A program made the translations under genes and the position numbers. The notes beneath the pieces were generated by a model, which saw nothing but the letters and a program-made list of their open reading frames with translations, ran no database searches and had not been told where the DNA came from. DNA of 64,000 nt from an uncultured Planctomycetaceae bacterium. GTDB taxonomy: Bacteria; Planctomycetota; Planctomycetia; Pirellulales; Pirellulaceae. Every line of letters begins with the position of its first letter. Position 1 is the first letter of the stretch. The stretch covers positions 194-64,193 of the forward strand of contig CALBSZ010000696.1 in NCBI GenBank assembly GCA_937967665.1, read 5' to 3'. This document shows, one piece after another, positions 1 through 8,708 of this stretch.

Positions 1-967
1 CCTTGGCCACGGCATACGAGATCTGTCCCTTATTGCCTTGCGACGACACCGATCCCATGAATACCACGACTCCCTGAATCGTTTCCTCCGGTTCCCAACG
101 CTTCAGACCGCGCTGGGCGCGATCCTCCGCAATCCGGGCCACCATCTCGATTCCCCAGTAAATGGGGGCCAGCAGGTTGACTTCCGTCACCTGCCGAAAA
201 CTCTCGATCGGGTAGAGTTCGGCGCGGCCGGTCTCTTTGTTCACGCGAACGGAAAGGGCGTCCCGCGTGATCCCTGCCGCCGGCACGCAAATCGTCACGA
301 TGCCGAACTCGTCCACCGCTTCGTTGAAGACACGTTTGCGGAACGCTTCGTCCGTCGTGTCGCCAACCTTGGCCACCGCTACCGTACGCCCGGTCTGCTC
401 GTTAATCGTGCGAGCCAATTCTTGAACGGCCTCGCTTCGATCTACCAGCAGGACGGCCTTGGCATTGCGATTCGCCAGTTCCAATGCCACCGCTTCACCG
501 ATGCCACTGGCCGCGCCGGTGACAATCGCCACCTTTTGCGCAATATTCTCAGCTTCGCGGGGGACCGACCGCGCCGCCTCTTGCGGAGGCCGTTCGGCCG
601 CTACCGCCACAGGGGGTGCCGTATCGGTTTCCGCCGCCGCAGGTGCCTGCTGGGCGACGGCCTCCTTCGCGGTCGGCGCCGTGTTCCCGTTATGGGAAAC
701 ATCCATGATCTGGTCGAACGCCGAAATCGCCGCGTCGAATTGCCGGTTGAGCAGCTTGCGCTGAGCGCGCGCGGCGCTCATCACGTGGTTTGATATCTCG
801 GGACGAAAGTCACCCGGACGCTCCGTTCGATCGGTGGGTCGAGCGGAAAAGCCGGGGAGCAAGCGCGTCAAGCCGAGCAACCACTCCTGCTGTAATTGCA
901 GGTTGGCTTCCGTGGCATCGACGGCACCCTGAATCATGGTGTCGAGTAACGTTTTGGCTGTAGACAT
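1..967 (-). CDS. Short-chain dehydrogenase/reductase (SDR) with ~125-aa N-terminal extension; 3' end runs off the window
   Basis: Not in the ORF track because it is open at the window edge. My reverse-strand translation is stop-free from ATG (965-967, AGGAG 6 nt upstream) to base 1. It contains the KVAIVTGAASGIG Rossmann motif and YAVAK (YxxxK) right at the edge. Confidence 0.8.
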   Translation of the reverse strand, partial: MSTAKTLLDTMIQGAVDATEANLQLQQEWLLGLTRLLPGFSARPTDRTERPGDFRPEISNHVMSAARAQRKLLNRQFDAAISAFDQIMDVSHNGNTAPTAKEAVAQQAPAAAETDTAPPVAVAAERPPQEAARSVPREAENIAQKVAIVTGAASGIGEAVALELANRNAKAVLLVDRSEAVQELARTINEQTGRTVAVAKVGDTTDEAFRKRVFNEAVDEFGIVTICVPAAGITRDALSVRVNKETGRAELYPIESFRQVTEVNLLAPIYWGIEMVARIAEDRAQRGLKRWEPEETIQGVVVFMGSVSSQGNKGQISYAVAK

Positions 968-1176
968 GACCTTTTCTCCTCATGCGAAGACGAACCTCCT
1001 GGAGGCCGCTGTATTGCTGCAACTGCAGCAATGCGGATGCAGTTGCAAAACATGTGCCATTCACGCTTCCATGCACGGTACAGAGAGAACGGTTGACGCA
1101 CTCGCATCAGGAAGTGCACAGCTGCGCACTTGCGCGCGCGGATACGACCGGTTTTGCACTGCCTGCGCCGGGACCG

Positions 1177-2238
1177 TCAGGCGATCGTTACGTCTTCCGC
1201 CAGGTAGACATCCTGAATGGCTTGCAGCAATGCGGCCCCTTCTGCCATGGGGCGTTGGAAGGCCTTGCGGCCGCTGATCAGCCCCATGCCACCGGCCCGC
1301 TTGTTAATCACTGCCGTCCGCACCGCTTCGGCAAGATCCGATTCTCCGCTAGACGCGCCCCCCGAGTTGATCAGGCCGCAGCGGCCCATGTAGCAGTTGG
1401 CAACCTGGTAGCGGCAGAGGTCGATGGGGTGATCCGTGGTGAGTTGCTTGTAGACCAGGGGGGACGTCTTTCCAAATGAAATCGCCGTGTAACCTCCGTT
1501 GGTCTCCGGAAGCTTCTGTTTGATGATGTCGGCCTGGATGGTGACGCCCAGGTGATTTGCCTGACCGGTCAAGTCGGCCGCGACGTGGTAATCGGTTTCC
1601 TTCTTAAAAGCGGGATTCCGCAGATAGCACCAAAGTATCGTGGCCATGCCCAGTTCATGGGCAAGGGAGAATGCTTCAGCGACCTCGACGATTTGCCGGC
1701 GTGATTGGTCCGAACCGAAATAGATCGTGGCGCCGACCGCGACCGCTCCCATGTCGTAGGCCCGCTGCACCGTACCAAACATGACCTGATCAAACTGGCT
1801 CGGGTAACCCAGCAATTCATTGTGGTTTATCTTGACGATGAACGGGATCCGGTGTGCGTACCGGCGCGCAACCGCACCCAGCACGCCAAAAGTCGAAGCC
1901 ACACCATTGCAGCCACCTTCGACGGCCAGACGCACGATGTTTTCCGGATCGAAATAGACCGGATTCGGGGCGAAGGACGCGCCCGCCGAATGTTCGATTC
2001 CCTGATCCACAGGCAGGATCGACAGGTATCCGGTGTCTTGCAACCGTCCGTGGCCGAACAGACGCTGGAGGTTGCCGAGCACACGCGGGCCGCGGTCGCT
2101 GCTTCCATAGTGCTGGCTGACAACGTCAGGGCCGGGCACGTGCAGCTGTTCACGCGAGATGGTCTGGCACTGGTGTTTCAGCAACGCATCGGCGTCGGAC
2201 CCGAGCAGTTCTACAAGGCGGTCAATCATCTTCATCAC
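1177..2238 (-). CDS. fbaB: Class I fructose-bisphosphate aldolase (FbaB/DhnA type)
   Basis: 353-aa ORF. Length and sequence blocks ([41 protein letters not shown]) fit the DhnA-type class I aldolase family as I recall it. Confidence 0.8.
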   Translation of the reverse strand: MMKMIDRLVELLGSDADALLKHQCQTISREQLHVPGPDVVSQHYGSSDRGPRVLGNLQRLFGHGRLQDTGYLSILPVDQGIEHSAGASFAPNPVYFDPENIVRLAVEGGCNGVASTFGVLGAVARRYAHRIPFIVKINHNELLGYPSQFDQVMFGTVQRAYDMGAVAVGATIYFGSDQSRRQIVEVAEAFSLAHELGMATILWCYLRNPAFKKETDYHVAADLTGQANHLGVTIQADIIKQKLPETNGGYTAISFGKTSPLVYKQLTTDHPIDLCRYQVANCYMGRCGLINSGGASSGESDLAEAVRTAVINKRAGGMGLISGRKAFQRPMAEGAALLQAIQDVYLAEDVTIA

Positions 2239-2460
2239 TCCTTTTCAAGCGGACAAACGGTTCAAGTTAAGAACCGACCAAGTTTGAGACATGCTGCAGT
2301 CAATTACCGCAAAGGATGTACCGTTAGCGGAGGTCGCGCCGACAATCCCGCGGCCCGCGCGTGAACTCGCGGCAACGCTTACGCGTGCCCTGGAGATTTC
2401 GCCATGGGACACAGGGACGCGCAGCGCGGCAGTCCGGGGCGGCCGGCCGCGCGAAGCGAA

Positions 2461-3774
2461 CTATTCCCCGCTCAGTCGGTAGAGGTGCTGGTCGCCGCGC
2501 AACAGGATCGAGTCGCCGGCAATCGCCGCGGACGCGCTGAAGCGATCATCCAGCTCGTTCCATGCCAGCACGCGGGGAATGGCGTCGTGAGTGATCACCG
2601 CGGTCACGCCCTCTTGATCGGTGACGTAAACACGATTGGCGGCGGCAACGGGTGAGGCGTAGATGTTGCCCAGCCTTCCGAGCCGCATGGCACCCGGTTG
2701 CGCTTCACCCGTTTTCGCATGGACACGGGTCAAGATGCCCTGGTAGTGGGTGAGGTAGTACAGTGCATCACCGTATAGCAATGGCGACGGAACATAAGGC
2801 GTGCCGCGTTGGACGCTCCAGACAACGTGATCTGAATTCGTGATGTCGCCACGCGCCCCACTCAGCCTAATCGCCATGAGAATCCGTTTTTCATAACTGC
2901 TGCCGACGAAAACCATCCCTTCGGCGGCGACCGGTGTGGCGACGATATTGTTGGACATGCCGCCGCACTCCCAGATAACCCGGCCTGTCTTCAGGTCGTA
3001 GGCTCGCACACGCTCTGTCCCGCATACAATCACCTGCAAGTCGTCACCGACCGGAACGACGATGGGGGTCGACCACGACGTGACTTCGTCCCGATGAACG
3101 CGCCAGCGTTGTTTCCCAGTAGCTTTGTCCAGCGCCACCACAAACGACGCTCCTTCATGATCCCAGTTCACGACAAGAGTGTCGCCATGCAAGGCGGGAG
3201 AACTCCCTTCGCCGTGCCCGTGTTTGGTCTGCATTTTCCCCAGATTCTGATTCCAAATGACATCCCCAGCGAAGTTCAAGCAGAACAGTCCGTGAGAGCC
3301 AAAGTGTGCATAAACGTTTTCGCCATCCGTCACGGGGGACGCAGAAGCCAGGCTCGCCGTGTAGTGAGCGCCTTCGTGAGGCAAGGTTTCGTGCAGCGTT
3401 TTCTGCCATGTCACCTTGCCGCTTCCCAAGTCCAACGCCAGGGCCACAAATCGATGGCGCTGGCGAATCGGCAGGTTGTCATGCGCGCCAGGCGCGCCGC
3501 TATACTTGGGCGGCAACATGTCTCCGTACGGAATCGCCGTCGTCAGGAAGACTCGATTTCCCCACACGATCGGAGACGAATGCCCGCGCCCGGGTATCGC
3601 AACTTTCCAGCGCACGTTGCTCTGTTCGCTCCATTCCACCGGTGGATTCGCGTGTTCGGCGACGCCCGTTCCCCGCGGTCCCCGCCACTGCGGCCAAATC
3701 GGCGTTTCCGCTCCGACTACGACCGGAGTAAGGAAGGCGAGCAAGAACAAGGGCATAACACGCATCGTACTCAT
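2461..3774 (-). CDS. Secreted PQQ-like (BamB-like) beta-propeller repeat protein
   Basis: 437-aa ORF. Signal peptide MRVMPLFLLAFLTPVVVGA, then WPQWRGPRGTG. Repeated V..G.V.A.D..TGK..W-type blades run through the protein. Confidence 0.75.
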   Translation of the reverse strand: MSTMRVMPLFLLAFLTPVVVGAETPIWPQWRGPRGTGVAEHANPPVEWSEQSNVRWKVAIPGRGHSSPIVWGNRVFLTTAIPYGDMLPPKYSGAPGAHDNLPIRQRHRFVALALDLGSGKVTWQKTLHETLPHEGAHYTASLASASPVTDGENVYAHFGSHGLFCLNFAGDVIWNQNLGKMQTKHGHGEGSSPALHGDTLVVNWDHEGASFVVALDKATGKQRWRVHRDEVTSWSTPIVVPVGDDLQVIVCGTERVRAYDLKTGRVIWECGGMSNNIVATPVAAEGMVFVGSSYEKRILMAIRLSGARGDITNSDHVVWSVQRGTPYVPSPLLYGDALYYLTHYQGILTRVHAKTGEAQPGAMRLGRLGNIYASPVAAANRVYVTDQEGVTAVITHDAIPRVLAWNELDDRFSASAAIAGDSILLRGDQHLYRLSGE

Positions 3775-4446
3775 TTACCGAGGGGGAAAACTCGAGCGCA
3801 GACCGACGAACGGATTGTTGCGTTTCTCGTCACCAATGGTAGTCGGTTCGCCGTGGCCGGTGAAGACAATGGTGTCGTCGGGCAGCGTGAAAAGCTTCCG
3901 ATGAATCGAATCGACCAGATCTTCGAACGATCCGTCCGGGAAATCGGTACGGCCGATGCCGCCTTGGAAAAGAACATCCCCATTGTAGACGATCCAGGGA
4001 CTGTGGTCCTTGTCGATCAGAACGATGTGCCCCTCGCTGTGACCGGGCGTTTCCAACACGTGCAAGCGGATCCCGGCTTCCTCAAAAACATCTCCTTCGT
4101 TTAACGTCCGTTCCGCCGGAGGACTGAGGATCGACAGACCGTACTTGCCCGAAAGATTGAGCATGGCATCAGTCAGCTTGGGAGCGTCGCCCGTGCCGAT
4201 GACGATCGGGGCATCCGGCCAGCGGTCCTTGACGGCCTGATTGCCGACAATGTGGTCGATATGGCCATGCGTGTTCACGATCGCCGCCACCTCCAACTCC
4301 TTGGTTTCAATATGGCGAATGATCTCCTGGAAATCGAAACCAGGGTCGATCACCAGGCACTGGTCCTGGCCGTTCAGGTTGAGGATATAAGTGTTTTCTG
4401 CGTAAATCTGGTCGACTTTAACGTCAATGTTTAGCTTCGAAGTCAC
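3775..4446 (-). CDS. MBL-fold metallo-hydrolase (hydroxyacylglutathione hydrolase-like)
   Basis: 223-aa ORF with THGHIDH (HxHxDH) and a downstream ETPGHSEGH metal-ligand block. It abuts the PQQ-like gene with no gap. Confidence 0.85.
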   Translation of the reverse strand: MTSKLNIDVKVDQIYAENTYILNLNGQDQCLVIDPGFDFQEIIRHIETKELEVAAIVNTHGHIDHIVGNQAVKDRWPDAPIVIGTGDAPKLTDAMLNLSGKYGLSILSPPAERTLNEGDVFEEAGIRLHVLETPGHSEGHIVLIDKDHSPWIVYNGDVLFQGGIGRTDFPDGSFEDLVDSIHRKLFTLPDDTIVFTGHGEPTTIGDEKRNNPFVGLRSSFPPR

Positions 4447-4563
4447 GAAGTCGCCTCCCCTAGGGATCGGAACTTGAGTAGAATAGGGCAGCTTTGCTGG
4501 AAAAACGTATCGTATACGGAGTGTTTACAGTTTTCGCAACGATTAAGTTGCGGATTGTAATGC

Positions 4564-4593
4564 TTGACTTGGCTCCCGGGCGATACCTAATAT
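4564..4593 (+). promoter_or_regulatory. Candidate sigma70-like promoter (TTGACT-N18-TAATAT) upstream of the DUF1571-like gene
   Basis: Hexamers read directly in the 230-bp divergent intergenic region. AGGAG lies 7 nt before the ATG at 4676. Planctomycete promoter rules are poorly known. Confidence 0.25.
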
Positions 4594-4675
4594 CACGCAA
4601 GCCCATAATCAAGGATGACGACCAGGGCGGCTCGCTCCCACCTTCGCCCCGCCGTCTCCAGTCAGGAGAATACGG

Positions 4676-5560
4676 ATGGCCTCTTATTTTCGAGTATACA
4701 GAATTGCTTCCCTTGCCACCGTCATTTTGACGGCATCGTCATTATACGCACAACAACAGCCTCGCGACGACTTGCGTGAGCCTGTCTTCCGCATCGCCAA
4801 CGCCAACAACATCGGTGATGTTAATGCGGCGAGCCAGCATCCGCTGGATCCTGCGATCGAAATTGCCCAGCGTTCCCTGGCCCATGTTCAGGCCAACATC
4901 GCCGACTACGATGCGATCCTGGTCAAACGCGAGCTCGTCGGCGGCGCATTGACGGATCACGAATACATCCTCACCAAGGTCCGTAACCGCAAGGTCGTCA
5001 ACGGCCAGGTGCAGGTCCCCTTCAGTGTCTACATGCGTTTCCTGAAACCGGCCAGCGTCAAGGGGCGGGAAGTCCTGTACGTCGAAGGCTGGAATAACAA
5101 CAAGCTGATGGCCCGCGAAGCCGGTCTGCTGGGGAAGGCCACCGGCGCTGTCAGCCTCAACCCGAACGGCATCCTGGCGATGCGTGGGAATCGCTATCCG
5201 ATCACCGAAGTCGGGATCGAAAACCTGCTGGTCCGTTTGATTGAGAAAGGGGTCCGCGACCGTCAGCACGGCGAATGCTCTGTGAATTTCTATGACAACT
5301 TCAAAATCAATGGTCGCGCTTGCACGAAGCTGGTCGTCACTCACCCCGTCCGCCGCGACTACTTCGACTTCCACATCGCGGAGGTCTTCCTGGATAAGGA
5401 ACTGAATATTCCGATTCGCTATGCCGCCTACGATTGGCCGGCCCAACCCGATGGCGAACCTTCCTTGATCGAGGAATACACGTACCTGAAGCTGAACTTG
5501 AACGTGGGACTCACCGACGCGGATTTCGATTCCAAGAATCCCAACTATAGTTTCAATTAG
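4676..5560 (+). CDS. Secreted hypothetical protein, DUF1571-like (recalled, unverified)
   Basis: 294-aa ORF with an N-terminal hydrophobic signal (IASLATVILTASSLYAQ) and clean coding character. The resemblance to the Rhodopirellula-type DUF1571 family is from memory only. Confidence 0.6.
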   Translation: MASYFRVYRIASLATVILTASSLYAQQQPRDDLREPVFRIANANNIGDVNAASQHPLDPAIEIAQRSLAHVQANIADYDAILVKRELVGGALTDHEYILTKVRNRKVVNGQVQVPFSVYMRFLKPASVKGREVLYVEGWNNNKLMAREAGLLGKATGAVSLNPNGILAMRGNRYPITEVGIENLLVRLIEKGVRDRQHGECSVNFYDNFKINGRACTKLVVTHPVRRDYFDFHIAEVFLDKELNIPIRYAAYDWPAQPDGEPSLIEEYTYLKLNLNVGLTDADFDSKNPNYSFN

Positions 5561-5650
5561 TTGCAGCCCACTCACTGCTCTTCGTAATCCGACAGAAAGC
5601 CTCGCCAGACCCGCGAGGCCGCGTTCGAAAACTCGCGAGAATACCAGCAG

Positions 5651-5666
5651 GCAGCGCGAGCAAGTG
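5651..5666. repeat. Copy of dispersed 16-mer core GCAGCGCGAGCAAGTG (ACASGLY-type planctomycete repeat)
   Basis: Identical 16-mer at 21339-21354. Near-identical reverse copy at 34616-34631. The flanks ATAC(C/A)AGC are also similar. Confidence 0.7.
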
Positions 5667-5893
5667 TATTCGGGCGACCCACATGGCCGTTGGCCCCAAC
5701 GATGCTAATGAGTTCTCCAAAGCATGCGGGTCGAGCGGGGCGTCGTACGCCTCCCCGGGCTGTAAGTGCGTTTGCGTATGAATCTGCATTCGCCCGCTCT
5801 GTCATGGCCCAGGATCACGTACGGCGACTCGGCTTCGGTCACCAAAACAGTAGGAACCGCTTCCGGAATCTGTGCCCGCAACCCATGCACGAC

Positions 5894-6472
5894 TCAACCT
5901 CGGACGTCTTGACTAGCCCTGGTCTGATGTGCGGCGAATCGACCCGCGTCCTTCCACATCACTCGAACGGCGCGGGGATCAGCTACATATTGCAGTCGTT
6001 CCCAAAAGCCAATTGCGGAAGGCCTCGGCTGAAGCCGTATTTCGCGCATTTCCAGTAATCGGGCCGCGGCCTCTGTGGCCCGCACTAACTGCGCCCCAAC
6101 GCCATTCGAGCGGTAACATGACGCCACTTGGATTGAGCCAATCCACAATTGGCGTGAATCGAAATGAAATCGGCAGTCAATGAACGTGCGTTCTTCTGAA
6201 TTGGCTCTTCCCCGGCAGATGTAAAAGAGTCGCACCTCCTCGAGCACACATTCGACAATGATGGGGTCGGTTTCGTCAAACCACGGGAATGTCCTCGTGA
6301 GAGCATGTCGGCTGATGTCGTGGACATCAGACACCCGTGTTGCGTCACGAAAATGCGACTTCCCGCTGCTTAAATTACTGCTGGGCATGCGACTCGGATC
6401 GAAGATCGCCGGCAAAGGCCCCTCGCTCGCGCCCGGCCGATTTCGACATTGTTCTGTTGTCGGGGCGGTCAC
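5894..6472 (-). CDS. Possible GNAT-family N-acetyltransferase
   Basis: 192-aa ORF. The C-terminal half has a GNAT motif-A-like block (IQVASCYRSNGVGAQLVRATEAAA ... FWERLQY). The N-terminal 60 aa are low quality. Confidence 0.4.
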   Translation of the reverse strand: MTAPTTEQCRNRPGASEGPLPAIFDPSRMPSSNLSSGKSHFRDATRVSDVHDISRHALTRTFPWFDETDPIIVECVLEEVRLFYICRGRANSEERTFIDCRFHFDSRQLWIGSIQVASCYRSNGVGAQLVRATEAAARLLEMREIRLQPRPSAIGFWERLQYVADPRAVRVMWKDAGRFAAHQTRASQDVRG

Positions 6473-7129
6473 TTGCTCATGTCCTATTCAGGGGCGTCGT
6501 CCTGCTACTCATCCATCCGTTTCGTCTCATTGGTGTCATGTAAATCCGCCCGATACCTTACGGTGTATATCGATGTCGCATTGCCGAAAGCGACTGTTCC
6601 CAGGCGGCTGCGCCTGAGGCTTTGAAGGTGGTGGTTCCGGTTCGGGGCGTGATCCAGGCTTGGGCTTGGCAGGGGGCGGCGCGGATGGTGCCGTGCTCAT
6701 CCTGTTTCCTCCGATTGCTTTCAAATTCGGTTCCGCACTATTGATCAGTTGGGGTGCGGCCGCCGTTTCGTGTCGCCGACGCGATGTTGGGACAACCAAC
6801 TCGTCGTGAACGCGTCGCACGATCGCCTCAATACGCTGCATCTCGTCGAGTGGAGCGCCAGCGCGGTTTCTCACAACAGTCGCCGTGACTACCTTTGGTG
6901 CCGATTTGGTAACTCGCCAATGTCAGTGGCTCGAATGTGTTCATGAATTGATTGAACGTTGACGCCAACCGCTCGCCAGCCGTGATGATAATGTCGTTTA
7001 GACTGGGCACGTTCTCAAACGCTGAACAAGACATTGCCACCGAACTCTTCAACGACTCGATGTCGTCTTGAATCTCTTGAGTCAACACGATGTCGTCCGT
7101 CAAATTCAAGTCTCGGACGAGTTGGATGT

Positions 7130-7558
7130 TTACGCGACGTCGAGCAACGAAATCTCAAACGTCAGCGTTTGCCCTGCTAGAGGGTGGTTTGCGTCGACGG
7201 TGACGGCGGATTCGCCGACTTTCGCGATGGTAGCAACAATTGGCGATCCATCACGTTGTTTGAGTTGCAGTTGCTGCCCAACCTGAAGCTCAACGTCGGG
7301 AGGAAAACTGGAGCGGTCGATCGCCACAATCATTTCATCCCGCCTCGCTCCGAAAGCCTCGTCCGGTGGTATCTTGACCGTCTTTGAATCTCCCGGGCTC
7401 ATGCCCAAGATGGCGTTTTGGAACCCAGGCATCAGTTGCTCCTGGCCTAACACGAATTGAAACGGCTCTCGATTTTCGGTTGTGTCGAATACCGAACCGT
7501 CGTCGAGTTTACCTGTGTAGGTGACTTTGACAGTGTCGCCCGTCTTTGCCTGTGACAT
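7130..7558 (-). CDS. FKBP-type peptidyl-prolyl cis-trans isomerase (SlyD/FkpB-like, no His-rich tail)
   Basis: I use the internal start MSQAKTGDTVKVTYTGKLDDGSVFD of the 177-aa ORF; AGGAG lies 6 nt upstream of the ATG at 7556-7558. Also present: LMPGFQNAILGM and a C-terminal DANHPLAGQTLTFEI block with an inserted flap domain. Confidence 0.85.
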   Translation of the reverse strand: MSQAKTGDTVKVTYTGKLDDGSVFDTTENREPFQFVLGQEQLMPGFQNAILGMSPGDSKTVKIPPDEAFGARRDEMIVAIDRSSFPPDVELQVGQQLQLKQRDGSPIVATIAKVGESAVTVDANHPLAGQTLTFEISLLDVA

Positions 7559-7589
7559 GGAATGCTCCTTCTGTTGTTGTGCTGTCCGC

Positions 7590-8099
7590 TCAGCACGAGT
7601 GAATCGTTCTTGCAAAAAAAAGGGGAACCGCCAAGCGGGGCAGAAGCCTAGCGGCTCGGGCACCTCTGCGAACAGAGACGTCGGAAGTTAAACTTTCAGC
7701 CGATGATCGGTTGCGGTGTTTGATCGTCCCCTTATCCTCCAGCCGCTTCGTTACTTCCGCTGTCAAGCACCGAGAACTTGATGGGGCGGATGATGCGCCG
7801 GCATAGGTTTCTCTCGGTTCTCTGACGTGCGCGACGACCAATGCCGCATCGATGTCACTTGCCCGCGCGGTTGCGTACAGCAGGCGCGCCCAAGCAGCCT
7901 CGGAGAAGTCGCTGGGATACGCGTAGCAAGAGTTGGTGCCGAGACCTTTGCGGTTTCGAACCAATGGCCAGATTTCGGCAGCATCCCTGACAATCGGATT
8001 TCGGATCGCAATTGCAGTGGTGTGGCCGGAAACATCCGTATTGTGTATCTGTGACGTCACGGTTTCGTGTGGGGCGATCTCGAATGAGATGGCGGCCAA
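7590..8099 (-). pseudogene. Possible decayed GNAT (EctA-like diaminobutyrate acetyltransferase) fragment
   Basis: Only residues ~28-62 of the 169-aa ORF (AIRNPIVRDAAEIWPLVRNRKGLGTNSCYAY) resemble the EctA N-terminus (IRKPT..D....I..LV.....LD.NS.YAY). The rest has no family character and overlaps the slyD-like leader. Confidence 0.25.
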
Positions 8100-8478
8100 A
8101 CCCGAACGAAGCTGGTGTCACTCCACCCAAGCGGACTGCTGTATCTCCTGTGGATGCGGCATAACCGTTGGTGCAACAATGATTGCATGTGCAACGGTTG
8201 CAAGAGCAAGCTTATCGCCTTTCAAGAGCGTGTGCAAGGGTGCGGTGCCGGCGGTTGAAGAGGACGCAGCTGTTTCTGTTGCGCTGGCGTCCGTTTGTGA
8301 AGGCCGTGCCTCTGTGGTGGCTTGAACGCGCGAGGTGAAACCACGAGGCGCGACTACCCCTCCGAACGATTGTATATTAAGGACAGGAGAGTGAGTTTCC
8401 GGATTGGACCAGGAGGCAGCTTCCACGGTGCTGACAACGCCCCCGGCCGCCCCCGCGTCAGACGCTGCCGCGGGCGGG

Positions 8479-8529
8479 AGGGTTGCACAACGCAGAGGGT
8501 TGCACAACGCAGAGGGTTGCACAACGCAG
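8479..8529. repeat. Perfect 3 x 17-bp tandem repeat (AGGGTTGCACAACGCAG)
   Basis: Counted base by base: 8479-8495, 8496-8512 and 8513-8529 are identical. It lies in a non-coding-looking stretch downstream of the sulfatase gene. Confidence 0.95.
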
Positions 8530-8708
8530 CACAGGATCGACACGCACGTTGAAGATGCGGAAGTTATTCTTGACTCATTACTGATGGTGGGAAGCGAGAC
8601 TTTCTTCCTGACCTTTTCTCGGAGATGTCGTTAGCGGATTTCCGACTCGGCAAGTCGCCAGGACTTTCGACGAGTGCCAAAGAGCGACAATCTTAGAGCC
8701 AGTCACTG

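Noticed and set aside
38-793. 251-aa plus-strand ORF (and 237..425, 459..764) at the window start
   Set aside because: These are antisense or out-of-frame shadows of the minus-strand SDR gene. The translations are Arg/Gly/His-rich with no motifs, whereas the minus frame gives a clean Rossmann fold.
5553-5805. Small minus-strand ORFs 5553..5789 and 5572..5805
   Set aside because: They are built around a copy of the dispersed repeat (which encodes ...LARAACWY...). Such repeat-seeded ORFs recur at 21310..21504 and 34519..35058 and are unlikely to be genes.
6536-7109. Two overlapping minus-strand ORFs as features
   Set aside because: They are possibly one frameshifted gene, but I recognise no family and the coding quality is poor. 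They are mentioned only in the gene-poor-patch finding.
8479-8529. Tandem repeats at 8479, 15103 and 17063 as possible CRISPR arrays
   Set aside because: The units are directly adjacent with no spacers, only 8-18 bp long and present in just 3-4 copies. No cas genes are in the window.
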